Origin: Candidatus Micrarchaeota archaeon
Lineage (GTDB): Archaea; Micrarchaeota; Micrarchaeia; Anstonellales; Bilamarchaeaceae
Direction: 5' to 3'
Assembly: GCA_029557835.1 (NCBI GenBank)
Contig: JAKQHW010000067.1
Location: forward strand, 1 to 41,180
DNA: 41,180 bases
Shown piece by piece: positions 27,909-36,739 of the stretch (its first letter is position 1; each line of letters starts with the position of its first letter). Under the pieces are notes generated by a model, which saw only the letters and a list, made by a program, of their open reading frames with translations, made no database searches and was not told where the DNA came from. The position numbers were made by a program, and so were the translations under genes.

Positions 27909-28306
27909 TCCTTAACCCCAAGCGCGTCCTTCGCAAGTTGGAGGTGCTCCTCCACCGGCTTGACCGCGACCTCGGTGAAATCATGGTTTGTTTTGCCTAG
28001 GATGTAGACGCTCTCCAGGTCCACCTTCCGGTTTGCGAGCTTGCGGGTTATTTTCCCCAGTTCCCCGGGCCGGTTGGGCATTTTCACGACCACTATGTCC
28101 GCAACCGACATTTCCTTGACTCCGGGGACCCTGTCCATGGCCTTCTTTGCCGAGGTGGGGTCCTTTGTGACCATGCGGAAAATCGCGTTCGTGCCCTGGC
28201 CGTATGCGGAAATGGCCTCTATGTTCACTCCTGCGCCCCCGAGCGCCTCCGCGATGTTGGCGAGGGTCCCGATCCTGTTTTCCACGATTACGGTTATTTC
28301 CTTCAT
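27905..28306 (-). CDS. Tandem ACT-domain protein
   Basis: ENRIGTLANIAEALGGAGVNIEAI and PNRPGELGKITRKLANRKVDLESV; start at MKEITV with GGTGG RBS. Confidence 0.9.
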   Translation of the reverse strand: MKEITVIVENRIGTLANIAEALGGAGVNIEAISAYGQGTNAIFRMVTKDPTSAKKAMDRVPGVKEMSVADIVVVKMPNRPGELGKITRKLANRKVDLESVYILGKTNHDFTEVAVKPVEEHLQLAKDALGVKD

Positions 28307-28385
28307 GATGGCCCACCCGTTCCTTAAGTGGAAGATTGGTTGCAATAAACTTTTATAGATATGCAGGAAATGAGAAAAAAGAGAA

Positions 28386-28512
28386 TAGCGGGAGGTGGAT
28401 TTGAACCACCGATCTTTACCCCAACAACCGGCTCGTCCGGTTAATGTCTGGGTTTCCGATGGCTCGAAGCCATTATGAGCCCAGCGGGCACTCCAAGCTA
28501 CCCTATCCCGCT
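28386..28512 (-). tRNA. Initiator tRNA-Met (CAU) with two introns (37/38: 28454-28473; 43/44: 28416-28447)
   Basis: Removing both inserts gives a 75-nt cloverleaf AGCGGGA-TA-GGGT..GCCC-G-CTGGG-CTCATAA-CCCAG-AGATC-GGTGG-TTCAAAT-CCACC-TCCCGCT-A, with A1-U72 and three G-C pairs at the base of the anticodon stem (initiator hallmarks). Confidence 0.9.
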
Positions 28513-28641
28513 AATGCATCCTGTATATTGACAGAATGTGTTCCTTATTTAGAGCGACGCTCTTTTTAATTGTTCCACCGCTTATTTAATTCAAAATGAC
28601 CTACAGCGATTAATACTAAAATCGCGGGGGGTTATGAGTAC

Positions 28642-28677
28642 CCTAGAGAGAAGGGGGGTGTCCCCCCTTCCTCTTGG
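28642..28677 (+). other. GC-rich hairpin immediately 5' of tRNA-Ser
   Basis: GAAGGGGGG-TGT-CCCCCCTTC 9-bp core, extended by AGAG/CTCT and CC/GG. Confidence 0.6.
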
Positions 28678-28678
28678 T

Positions 28679-28763
28679 GCTGGGGTCGCCTAGTCCGGTA
28701 GGGCGGCAGCCTGCTAAGCTGTTCTCCCAAAAGGAGTCGAGGGTTCAAATCCCTCCCCCGGCG
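28679..28763 (+). tRNA. tRNA-Ser (GCU)
   Basis: Acceptor GCTGGGG/CCCCGGC, discriminator G; anticodon arm GCAGC-CT-GCT-AA-GCTGT; long variable arm CTCC-CAAAA-GGAG; T-arm GAGGG-TTCAAAT-CCCTC. Confidence 0.95.
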
Positions 28764-28799
28764 CTCCATTTTTTAAATTTAGGAAGAGGAAATACGCGC

Positions 28800-29483
28800 A
28801 TGAGGAACGTTGCTTTTGCAGTGCATCCGGAGCGGATTGATGCGGCTGTTAGGAGGGCGAAAGCCGCCCTGAGGCTGCTTGAACGGGAGCCATGCGCCCG
28901 GCCGAAGGCGGGAAAGGAAAGGAAGTGGCCCATCCCGGAGCCTGTGCAGGTTGCGATGCTTCTGGCGATGCATCCGGAAATGGAGGGCGCGAGAATAAGG
29001 AAACTGCTCAGGGAAGGGAGGCTGGAGCTCCCGAAGAGGAGATATCATCTGGAAGAAGTGAGGAAAGCGGCGGTGCTCGCGCTTGTGGAATATTTGGGAA
29101 AGCGGCCCATTGAGGTTTCTGACGAGGATTTTGAGGGGAACGGGCTGGGGTGGCTGGCAAACAGGCAGGGCTCTTCGTTCAGGGCGCTGAGGGAGGCCGG
29201 CCTCCTTTCATGTGAGGACGGGCACGCGTACAGGTTCAAGAAGAAGCCGGAAACATTCGGCAGCAGGGATAATAGGGTGAGGGCGCTGAGGGAGGCGGCG
29301 GAGGCGATGGGGAAGGGGCCTTCGGAAACAAGGCTTAGGGACCTCAAGGGGCGGTTTCCCGGAACATATTCAATGGTGATAAATTATTACGGCGGCTCGC
29401 TATTCGAGGCGTACCTGGATGCAGGGCTGGTCACTGGGAAGGATGAGGCGCATATGAGGGCGAGGGGGACGAAGCCGCACTAG
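28800..29483 (+). CDS. Basic hypothetical protein with two ~60-aa helical repeats, possibly nucleic-acid binding
   Basis: Repeats VRKAAVLALVEYLGKRP..DF..GSSFRALREAGLL and NRVRALREAAEAMGKGP..DL..GGSLFEAYLDAGLV; TTTTTAAA upstream. Confidence 0.65.
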   Translation: MRNVAFAVHPERIDAAVRRAKAALRLLEREPCARPKAGKERKWPIPEPVQVAMLLAMHPEMEGARIRKLLREGRLELPKRRYHLEEVRKAAVLALVEYLGKRPIEVSDEDFEGNGLGWLANRQGSSFRALREAGLLSCEDGHAYRFKKKPETFGSRDNRVRALREAAEAMGKGPSETRLRDLKGRFPGTYSMVINYYGGSLFEAYLDAGLVTGKDEAHMRARGTKPH

Positions 29484-29528
29484 GCACCCTTTTATTTCTT
29501 ATTGCCATTAGCTGGAACGGGTGCAAAC

Positions 29529-29834
29529 ATGGGAATAGCGCAGGAGTTCAAGGAATTTCTGAATGAATACAAGGTGGTGGGGCTTGCGGTCGCCTTCATA
29601 ATGGGCGCCGCGGTAACGGACCTGGTGAAGTCGCTTGTGAACAACATAATAATGCCGGCGGTGACATTCTTCCTCCCGGCAGGGGAATGGCAGGCGGCGA
29701 CATTCGAGCTCGGGCCGGTTGCATTCGGATGGGGCGCCTTCCTCGCGGCCCTGATAAACTTCCTGATAATAGCGCTCGTGGTGTTCGGGATAGCGAAGGT
29801 TGTGCTGAAGGAGGAGAAGGTGGCGAAGAAGTAG
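29529..29834 (+). CDS. mscL: Large-conductance mechanosensitive channel MscL (short form)
   Basis: EFKEFL..VVGLAVAFIMGAA..LVKSLVNNIIMP..GAFLAALINFLIIA. Confidence 0.92.
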   Translation: MGIAQEFKEFLNEYKVVGLAVAFIMGAAVTDLVKSLVNNIIMPAVTFFLPAGEWQAATFELGPVAFGWGAFLAALINFLIIALVVFGIAKVVLKEEKVAKK

Positions 29835-29835
29835 G

Positions 29836-30792
29836 CTATCCGAGCAGCGCCTTTATTGAATCCAGTGGGCGGGAGCCTGAGGCATATCGCTGGTAGAGGG
29901 AGAGCCTCATCCTGTCAAGGGTGAGCGCGTAATCTATGGAGGCGCGGAGGCTCTCAGCGGACAAGAAGGAGGAATCCAGCATTATCCCTACATCTTTCTT
30001 CTCCAGCTGGGTTGCGTTGTTGGCGCGCTCGGGATATGCCCCGTCAACTATGCAGAGGGAGGCCTTTCCGTGGGAGAGAGCCTCCATGATGGTGGTGTGG
30101 CCGCCGTGGGAGATTACCAGCTCCGCATTGCCGAAATGAGCGCGGATGTCCGCGACCTCGCTCGCGTAAACCGCGCTTTCGCCCAGGAGAGGGCGCACCA
30201 TATTTTCCACCGGGCCTGTGACCGCGTACTTCTTTTTGTGCTTCATCTGCTTCACCCCCTCTATCAAAGGGCCGATGAAAGATAGGGGGAGGCCGGTCCG
30301 GAGGTTCTGCATGGATACGGAAAGGGGCGGGGGAAAATCCGGCACCAATATGGATTCGGGGTATTTCAGCAGGCGCTGGAGCAGGGAGTACGCCACCCTC
30401 TTCCTCATCTCCCCCTGGATTCCTACGAGGGCGCTTATGTCGTTGGTTATGAATATTGTTTTCTTCCTGGAAAGCATCGCGCCCGCGAGGCCGAGGGGGG
30501 AGCCGTCCACGATTATCCTGTCCACGCGTTCGAAATGCCCGAGGATGCGGGAGAGGACCTCCGGATGGAAGAGCTCGGAGAGGCCGGAATAATCGGTCGC
30601 TATCTTCACCTTCCCCTTTTCGGAAAGTATCCTGTATGGGGAAGGGATCTCTATGAAATCCATCGAATTCTTCCTGCAGTACTCCGCGCCCTTGCCGAAG
30701 GTCATTATGGGGAAGCCAAGGTGCGCGGAAAGGAGGCGGTCGCGCGAGACGTGGCCGTATCCGTTCCCTTCGGAGAATATGAGCCCTTTCAT
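29836..30792 (-). CDS. GT-B glycosyltransferase (GT28/MurG-like)
   Basis: N-terminal EGNGYGHVSR; C-terminal LVISHGGHTTIMEAL..GK..ERANNA; true start MKGLIF with an AT box about 25 nt upstream. Confidence 0.85.
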   Translation of the reverse strand: MKGLIFSEGNGYGHVSRDRLLSAHLGFPIMTFGKGAEYCRKNSMDFIEIPSPYRILSEKGKVKIATDYSGLSELFHPEVLSRILGHFERVDRIIVDGSPLGLAGAMLSRKKTIFITNDISALVGIQGEMRKRVAYSLLQRLLKYPESILVPDFPPPLSVSMQNLRTGLPLSFIGPLIEGVKQMKHKKKYAVTGPVENMVRPLLGESAVYASEVADIRAHFGNAELVISHGGHTTIMEALSHGKASLCIVDGAYPERANNATQLEKKDVGIMLDSSFLSAESLRASIDYALTLDRMRLSLYQRYASGSRPLDSIKALLG

Positions 30793-30821
30793 GGGCGGAA
30801 TAGGGAAAAATAGGTTTTTAA

Positions 30822-31175
30822 TTAGCGGTTCTCGCACCTCAGCTGCACATATGTGTCCGTGCGGTCCTTGAGGTTGGCCTGCGAATCGTATGCGAAGACA
30901 GCAACGTCGCACTTGTAGAGCTGGGGCGCGGTGTTGTGGCTTGCGTAGACCTTTATCTCCTTCTGGAGGTAGCCGCGCGGCTCCACTATGCCGAGCCGGA
31001 ACCTGCCGGAGTTCTGGGATTGCGTCTGGGAGAGGGAGAGCGCAGGGGGCAGCTTCACCTCCGCCTCGTGCCACATGGAGGAGTCGCGCGTGGAATCTAT
31101 CTTCACCACGAGGTCCACGGAATTTGACCTCCTCGCTGCAATCGGGCCAGGGAATATCGTGAGTTCAACCTTCAT
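30822..31175 (-). CDS. Hypothetical beta-sandwich (Ig-like) protein
   Basis: Alternating beta-strand pattern (VDLVVKI, LPPALSL, RLGIVEP, YKCDVAVFAYD); start MKVELT. Confidence 0.6.
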   Translation of the reverse strand: MKVELTIFPGPIAARRSNSVDLVVKIDSTRDSSMWHEAEVKLPPALSLSQTQSQNSGRFRLGIVEPRGYLQKEIKVYASHNTAPQLYKCDVAVFAYDSQANLKDRTDTYVQLRCENR

Positions 31176-31238
31176 CCTTCCACCCTGCAATAATTTTGCA
31201 TAATTAGGAATATAAATTATTGGCTGGAAGGGTTTCCC

Positions 31239-31592
31239 ATGAATTTCATGCATGTTTTCCTGCTTTTGGGGGCGCTGTCCCTCGCTGGATGCTGCGGGCC
31301 GACTGGGACTTCCGGCTCAAGCTCGTGCAGGCTTGGGACATATGGGGAGGCTTGCACGGACCTGTGCTACAGGATGGGCGAGGGAGAAGGGTGCTTCAGC
31401 AGGTGCATGGACGAGGTCAGGGCCGAGGGGTGGGGGGATGCGACCACCTGCTGCAGGGATACATACAGGGACCAGTGCCGGGAGATTTGCAACGAGTACG
31501 GCTCGTACGGGATGGAGGAGTGCATGAGGGACTGCGAGGCGCAATATGCCGATTTCGGGCTGTCAATGGACGGGTGCGGGCTGCCGGTGTGA
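31239..31592 (+). CDS. Small Cys-rich lipoprotein (CxxxC repeats)
   Basis: Lipobox LSLAGC; CTDLC, CFSRC, CREIC, CMRDC. Confidence 0.7.
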   Translation: MNFMHVFLLLGALSLAGCCGPTGTSGSSSCRLGTYGEACTDLCYRMGEGEGCFSRCMDEVRAEGWGDATTCCRDTYRDQCREICNEYGSYGMEECMRDCEAQYADFGLSMDGCGLPV

Positions 31593-31595
31593 TGC

Positions 31596-32036
31596 ATGAT
31601 ACCGGAATCAAAATTCATAAGGAAGGAAATTGTGCTGAGGAACATGTGGCTGGACGATGAGGTCCGGCTTACGAGAAAATCCCTGGTCCGGTGGGTCGCG
31701 CTATCGCTGGGGCTGATTTCCGAGAAGGAAAGCAGGGATTTGATAATAGACTTATTGGACGTGCTTTTTGAGTTCCTTGCCAGGGGTGAGGAGCCGACGA
31801 CGCAGGAAATACTGGACAAATTGAAGGCGAAGACCGGGGAGGAGCCAAATCCCAAAGCAGTGTATTACCATCTGCAGAAATTGATGGACCAGGGGCTCCT
31901 GCAGAGGGAGAAGGGGAAATACTTCATCTCACGGGAGAACAGGAAGCTTTCCGCGGCGGTGAGGGAGCTCTACCTGAAGGAAGTGAACGAATCCCTGGCC
32001 GAAATTACTAAGGCGCTGGAGATGCTGGAGAAATGA
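31596..32036 (+). CDS. Winged helix-turn-helix protein (ArsR-like)
   Basis: PTTQEI..NPKAVYYHLQKLMDQGLLQREKGKY. Confidence 0.8.
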   Translation: MIPESKFIRKEIVLRNMWLDDEVRLTRKSLVRWVALSLGLISEKESRDLIIDLLDVLFEFLARGEEPTTQEILDKLKAKTGEEPNPKAVYYHLQKLMDQGLLQREKGKYFISRENRKLSAAVRELYLKEVNESLAEITKALEMLEK

Positions 32037-32105
32037 TATGTGTTAAAAAATAGTAAAAAGCGAATATATAAAAATGTTGGCTGAGAGAATATATTAGTGG
32101 ATTTT

Positions 32106-32351
32106 ATGGTACATGCACAAAAAGAAAAACATGGCGTCGCCTTGGATGCCGCAAATGTGCAGAGGAAGCCAAAACCTAGCGTTGGCTCAAAAATGAAGCG
32201 GGCGCTGGACCAGATTGCACGCGAAGTGAAATGGTATGAGGTGGAATGCTCCTGCTGCGGAAAGCCATTCGAACTGCCTTTCAAGCCGGAAAAAAAGGAC
32301 AGGCCGCTCTACGGGCCGTGTTGCGTGGAAAAGCAGGAGAACCTATTTTAG
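32106..32351 (+). CDS. Small CxxC-x17-CxxC-type zinc-ribbon protein
   Basis: YEVECSCCGKPFELPFKP...RPLYGPCC; TATATAAAAA upstream. Confidence 0.65.
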   Translation: MVHAQKEKHGVALDAANVQRKPKPSVGSKMKRALDQIAREVKWYEVECSCCGKPFELPFKPEKKDRPLYGPCCVEKQENLF

Positions 32352-32468
32352 GCCATTGCCTCCATAAAACGCCGGGATGCGGGCGGACGTGCCGGATTCG
32401 CAGTGATGCCAGTTGGAAGAATGGACGCGTTCCAATTCAATAAAAAGGTTTTCCTGCAAATCTAGGGC

Positions 32469-33710
32469 ATGGATTTCTCAGGGTTCTACAAGCTTCCAGT
32501 TGAGGACAGGCTGAAAAGGCTGAGGGAAGCGGGGAGGATAAGCGGGGAGGATGAAAAGCTGCTCCTGGACGGGGATGCGCTAAAAATGGACGTGGCGGAC
32601 CGGATGGTTGAGAACGTGGTGGGCAGGTTCCACCTCCCTTTTTCCGTTGTTCCCGGGGTCGTGGTCAACGGGAAGGAGTATGTGGTGCCAATGGTCATAG
32701 AGGAGCCCTCGGTGGTTGCGGCATGCGCGAACGGGTGCAAGCTGGCGAGGGAAAGCGGCGGGTTCACTGCGGATGCGGACGAGCCCATCATGATTGGGGA
32801 GATGCAGGTCGTTGGGGTCGGGAAGGAGGCGAAGGAAAAGGTGCTGGAGGGGAAGGAAAGGATAATGGAGAAAGCGAAGGAATACGCGGCAGGGGTGGAG
32901 AGGTACGGGGGAGGAATGCGCGGGCTGGAAGTGAGGGAGATACAGACCGCGAGGGGGGAGATGCTCATACTGATGTTCGAAGTGGACGTGCGGGACATAA
33001 TGGGCGCGAACACCGTGAACACCATATTGGAAGGGGCCGCTCCCATTGTTGAGGAGGTTTCGGGCGGGAAGGTGCGGCTCAAGATATTGACGAACCTTGC
33101 GGTGAAAAGGAAGGCGAGGGCAAGGTGCGTGTGGAAGAGGGAAGTGGTGGGCGGGGAAGTTGTGGAGGGGGTGCTGGACGGGTACGAGATGGCCGCCCAC
33201 GACATATACAGGTGCGCCACACACAACAAGGGGATAATGAACGGGATGGACGCGGTCGCGCTGGCGACCGGGAACGACTGGAGGGCGGTGGAGGCCGGGG
33301 CGCATTCCTATGCGGCGATTGGAAGCTATAAGCCGCTTACCAGGTATTATGCGGATGAGGGCGGGAACCTGGTGGGGGAGATAGAGGTTCCGCTAGCTGT
33401 GGGCACGGTGGGCGGCGCGATAAACATAAACCCGGTCGCGCAGCTCGGGCAGAAAATACTGGGGGCAGAGGGCGCAGGGGAGCTGTCCATGGTCATGGCG
33501 GCGGTCGGGCTGGCGCAGAACTTTGCGGCGCTGAGGGCGCTCGGGACCACCGGGATACAGGCGGGGCACATGAAGCTGCACGCGAGGAACCTGGCGGTGA
33601 TTGCGGGCGCGCACACCCCGAAAGAGATAGACATGGTGGTCAGGAAAATGGATGAGAGCAGGGTGTATACTGTTGAGAACGCCAGGAAGATATTCGAGGG
33701 GATGAGATGA
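32469..33710 (+). CDS. mvaA: Hydroxymethylglutaryl-CoA reductase, class II
   Basis: FSGFYKL, DRMVENVVG, EEPSVVAA, DIMGANTVNT, ATHNKGIMNG, GNDWRAVEAGAH, GIQAGHMKLHARN. Confidence 0.95.
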   Translation: MDFSGFYKLPVEDRLKRLREAGRISGEDEKLLLDGDALKMDVADRMVENVVGRFHLPFSVVPGVVVNGKEYVVPMVIEEPSVVAACANGCKLARESGGFTADADEPIMIGEMQVVGVGKEAKEKVLEGKERIMEKAKEYAAGVERYGGGMRGLEVREIQTARGEMLILMFEVDVRDIMGANTVNTILEGAAPIVEEVSGGKVRLKILTNLAVKRKARARCVWKREVVGGEVVEGVLDGYEMAAHDIYRCATHNKGIMNGMDAVALATGNDWRAVEAGAHSYAAIGSYKPLTRYYADEGGNLVGEIEVPLAVGTVGGAININPVAQLGQKILGAEGAGELSMVMAAVGLAQNFAALRALGTTGIQAGHMKLHARNLAVIAGAHTPKEIDMVVRKMDESRVYTVENARKIFEGMR

Positions 33711-35089
33711 AGCAATACCTCCATTTGGCTGCATTGGTCCTTTTTTCTGCCGGATTTTTCCTTTTTGGGTACGCCGGCATATCGGAGCAGGGGTACGGGG
33801 AGCTGCCCGCCCTGGGGATAACGGACGCCCAGAACGCGTACCTGCTTGCGTTTGCGAGCGTGGTCCTTTCCCCTGTGCTGGTTTATTTCGCGCTGAGGAG
33901 CGTTGAGCTGCCTGAGTGGAAGTGCATGTTCGGGGGGCTGATGCTGGCGACGATGCCGGTCGCCCTGAACAACGCGGCTGCCGTGGCGGACCCGATGGCG
34001 CTGGTTCTCATGCTGGCGGCCTCTTTCGCTGTTTTGGCTGCCGGGCTCGTATCAAAAGCGATGGGCAACAGGAGGATAGGGCTGGCGATGCTGGTCGTGG
34101 TTGCGGGAGCCGGGATTTTCATCGGGAGCGCAACCGGGGTCGACTATTATGTCGGGGAGTACTCATACCTTCTGCCGTTCTCTTTCGCGCTGCTGCTGGA
34201 GGGAGCCAAGGAGAGGAGGGAGGACAAGGCAGGCCCCCCCATCATAGGGGCGGCGGCGCTCCTCTTCTCCCACCCGGTGGGCGCGGTGGTGCTCGCGTGC
34301 ACGAGCGCACTGGGGCTTGCGGAGATATGGAAGGAGAAGGACAGGCCGCTCAACCTGGCGTTCATGGCGGTTTTCTCGCTCTGCCTGCTTTTTTCGCAGG
34401 GGGACATGGCGAGGACGGCGATAGCCGGGCTTTTCGGGTTCATAGTGTTCTACGTGATAGCGGCGATGTATGAGGTGAAGATGAGGATGCTTGCCCAGCC
34501 GGCTGCGATATTGCTGATGATTGCCGCGGTGCTGACCATGGCGGCAAACATGGGCGTGCATGCATATGAAGGGGAGAGGATGGCCATCCCCTCGGAAAGC
34601 ACCGTGGAGATGTACCAGTGGGCTGGGGGGAAGGGCGAGGTGGGCATATTCGCCTATCCAAACGCGTTCAGGTTTTATGCGGGAAGCGCGCCGGTGGTGC
34701 TGGACCCGCTTGGGACTCAATGGGCAAGAAGGGTGGTATTCACATACGATACGCTGGATGCGGCCGCCGGGAGGAGCATGAACGTTTTCGCTTATTTCGC
34801 CAGCGCAACCGCGCAGGACGGGGTTACTGAGATAGCGGTGTTTTCGAACAAGGCGTACATGATGAATACAGTGGTCCAGGGAGGAAGGGTGGACCGGGTG
34901 GACGGGGCGATTGTCGGGCTCAGGAGGATACCCTTCACGAAAATAAAGATGCTGGACGACGGGCTGGAGTACGGGGACAAGAGGAACCGGCTCATAATGG
35001 TGGACGGGATAGAAGGCAGCGTGCTGGCTGAAGGGCTAAGGAGGCAGAAGGAGCATTCCCTGCCAGGGGCCTTCGCAGTGGGGGGTTAG
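33707..35089 (+). CDS. Polytopic membrane protein with C-terminal soluble domain, possibly degenerate GT-C/AglB-like
   Basis: About 10 TM segments, then STVEMYQWAGGKGEVGIFAYPNAFRFYAG in the position of the GT-C extracellular domain; no WWDYG motif; coupled to mvaA (ATGA) and to the aglH-like gene (TAGATG). Confidence 0.5.
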   Translation: MKQYLHLAALVLFSAGFFLFGYAGISEQGYGELPALGITDAQNAYLLAFASVVLSPVLVYFALRSVELPEWKCMFGGLMLATMPVALNNAAAVADPMALVLMLAASFAVLAAGLVSKAMGNRRIGLAMLVVVAGAGIFIGSATGVDYYVGEYSYLLPFSFALLLEGAKERREDKAGPPIIGAAALLFSHPVGAVVLACTSALGLAEIWKEKDRPLNLAFMAVFSLCLLFSQGDMARTAIAGLFGFIVFYVIAAMYEVKMRMLAQPAAILLMIAAVLTMAANMGVHAYEGERMAIPSESTVEMYQWAGGKGEVGIFAYPNAFRFYAGSAPVVLDPLGTQWARRVVFTYDTLDAAAGRSMNVFAYFASATAQDGVTEIAVFSNKAYMMNTVVQGGRVDRVDGAIVGLRRIPFTKIKMLDDGLEYGDKRNRLIMVDGIEGSVLAEGLRRQKEHSLPGAFAVGG

Positions 35090-36064
35090 ATGCTCCTTTT
35101 GATATTGGGCGTGCTGGCGTTTTCCCTTTTGACGACCGTGACATTCTCCTATTTCCTGATTCCGAGGCTGAAGAGGTTCGGGATGGTGGGGAAGGACGTG
35201 AACAAGGAGGGCAGGCCGGAAGTCGCGGAAATGGGCGGGCTCGCGATAGTGGCCGGGTTCACCGCCGGGGTGCTACTTGCGATAATGCTCAATACGTTCA
35301 ACGGGATGGAATTCAACATAACATATGTTCTGGCCGCCCTGGTGACGATACACGCGATGGGGTTCATAGGGATCGTGGACGATTTGCTGGACATCCCCCA
35401 GGCGGTGAAGGCGTTTTTGCCGCTGGCCGCGGCGGTCCCGCTCGTGGCGGTTAGCGCGGCGGGCAGCACCGCGATGGCGGTGCCGTTCGTGGGGGAGGTG
35501 GATTTCGGGCTTTTCTACATAATTGTTCTGATTCCGGTGGGGGTGGCGGTCGCGTCGAACCTCACCAACATGCTGGCGGGGTTCAACGGGATGGAGGCGG
35601 GCATGGGAAGCATAATAATGCTAACGATGGCTGCGATAGCGTATTCGATAGGGAAGGTGGAGATGCTGGTGCTTTTCGTGCCCATGCTCGGGGCGCTCCT
35701 CGGCTTCCTGAAATTCAACTGGTACCCTGCAAAGGCCTTTCCAGGGGATGTGGGGAACCTCACGATAGGGGCCGTGGTTGCCGCAGGGGTGATAATCGGG
35801 GACCTGGAGACCGCTGGCGCGCTCATTCTGTCGCTTTATGTGGTGGATTTCTTCATAAAGGCATACAACCGGTTCCCGAGCAGCAAATGGTGGGGGGAGC
35901 TGAAAGGGGGGAAGCTTTACCCGGTGGAGGGGAAGGTGCGCGGGTTTGCGCAGCTTGTGATGAGGGCGGGCGGGGGCATGGGCGAGAGGAACCTCGTGCT
36001 CGTGTTCATGGGGATGCAGGCGCTGATTGGGATTGCGGTTCTCCTCATGTTTGTGAGGGTTTAG
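35090..36064 (+). CDS. aglH: UDP-GlcNAc:dolichyl-phosphate GlcNAc-1-phosphate transferase (MraY/GPT family)
   Basis: GKDVNK..VAEMGGL, GIVDDL, SNLTNMLAGFNGMEAG, FNWYPAKAFPGDVG. Confidence 0.88.
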   Translation: MLLLILGVLAFSLLTTVTFSYFLIPRLKRFGMVGKDVNKEGRPEVAEMGGLAIVAGFTAGVLLAIMLNTFNGMEFNITYVLAALVTIHAMGFIGIVDDLLDIPQAVKAFLPLAAAVPLVAVSAAGSTAMAVPFVGEVDFGLFYIIVLIPVGVAVASNLTNMLAGFNGMEAGMGSIIMLTMAAIAYSIGKVEMLVLFVPMLGALLGFLKFNWYPAKAFPGDVGNLTIGAVVAAGVIIGDLETAGALILSLYVVDFFIKAYNRFPSSKWWGELKGGKLYPVEGKVRGFAQLVMRAGGGMGERNLVLVFMGMQALIGIAVLLMFVRV

Positions 36065-36735
36065 GCCTTTCCGCCCATCCTCGCGTAATCGTCGAGGTTC
36101 CCGATGTCGTTCCATTCATGGACCGGGAAGGTGTTTATGCGCTTTCCCTTGGAGAGCAGGCGGGGGAACACGTTTTTTGCGAAATCTTCCCCCTCATTTA
36201 TGAATTTGAAGATTTCAGGCTCGAGCAGGTAGATGCCCGTGTTTATGGTGTGGGAGAGGACGGGCTTCTCCTGGAACTCCCTGACCTCTCCGTCCGGCCC
36301 GGTGCGGATTACGCCGTAATTTATCTTGGTGTTGTGCTGGAGGGTCCCTATCGTCGCGATGCAGCGGGATTTCTTGTGGGAAGCGAGCATTTCCTTGAGG
36401 GGATAGGAGGAGAGGTGGTCGCCCATCGTGACCAGGAAGGTCTCCTCGGGGAGGGATTTCGCATGGAGGATGGCTCCGGCGGTTCCGCGTTCCTCCTCCT
36501 CCTCGAAATATGAGATTTTTAGGCCGAATTTCCTCCCGTCCCCGAAATATGCCCTTATCTGCTCCTTGAGGTAGCCGGTGAAGAGGACGAATTCGGAAAT
36601 TCCCTCGGCCCTGAGGCGCTCCATTATGTGGAGGAGGATCGGCTTTCCCTGGATGGGAAGGAGCGGCTTCGGCGTTTTGAGCGTGAGGGGCCTGAGGCGC
36701 GTGCCCTTCCCTCCGCAAATCACGAATGCTTTCAT
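36061..36735 (-). CDS. Sugar-phosphate nucleotidyltransferase (NTP_transferase family)
   Basis: CGGKGTRLRPLT..PKPLLPI, GTAGAI, FQEKP, INTGIY, WNDIG. Confidence 0.93.
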   Translation of the reverse strand: MKAFVICGGKGTRLRPLTLKTPKPLLPIQGKPILLHIMERLRAEGISEFVLFTGYLKEQIRAYFGDGRKFGLKISYFEEEEERGTAGAILHAKSLPEETFLVTMGDHLSSYPLKEMLASHKKSRCIATIGTLQHNTKINYGVIRTGPDGEVREFQEKPVLSHTINTGIYLLEPEIFKFINEGEDFAKNVFPRLLSKGKRINTFPVHEWNDIGNLDDYARMGGKA

Positions 36736-36739
36736 ATGA

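Noticed and set aside
23744-28752. Repeated GGTTCAAATCC as a possible att site or repeat family
   Set aside because: These are just the T-loops of the three tRNAs; no duplicated tRNA 3' end or integrase was seen.
28674-28799. N-terminal extension of the 28674-29483 ORF
   Set aside because: It runs through tRNA-Ser; the real start is ATG 28800.
30793-31074. N-terminal extension of the glycosyltransferase ORF, suggesting a fusion
   Set aside because: It overlaps the 30822-31175 gene in another frame; the GT motif begins at MKGLIF (30792) with its own AT box.
32352-32460. Possible structured RNA upstream of mvaA (TTGGAA...TTCCAA and weak GC stems)
   Set aside because: Stems are short and interrupted and match no riboswitch I recognise; not distinguishable from chance by eye.
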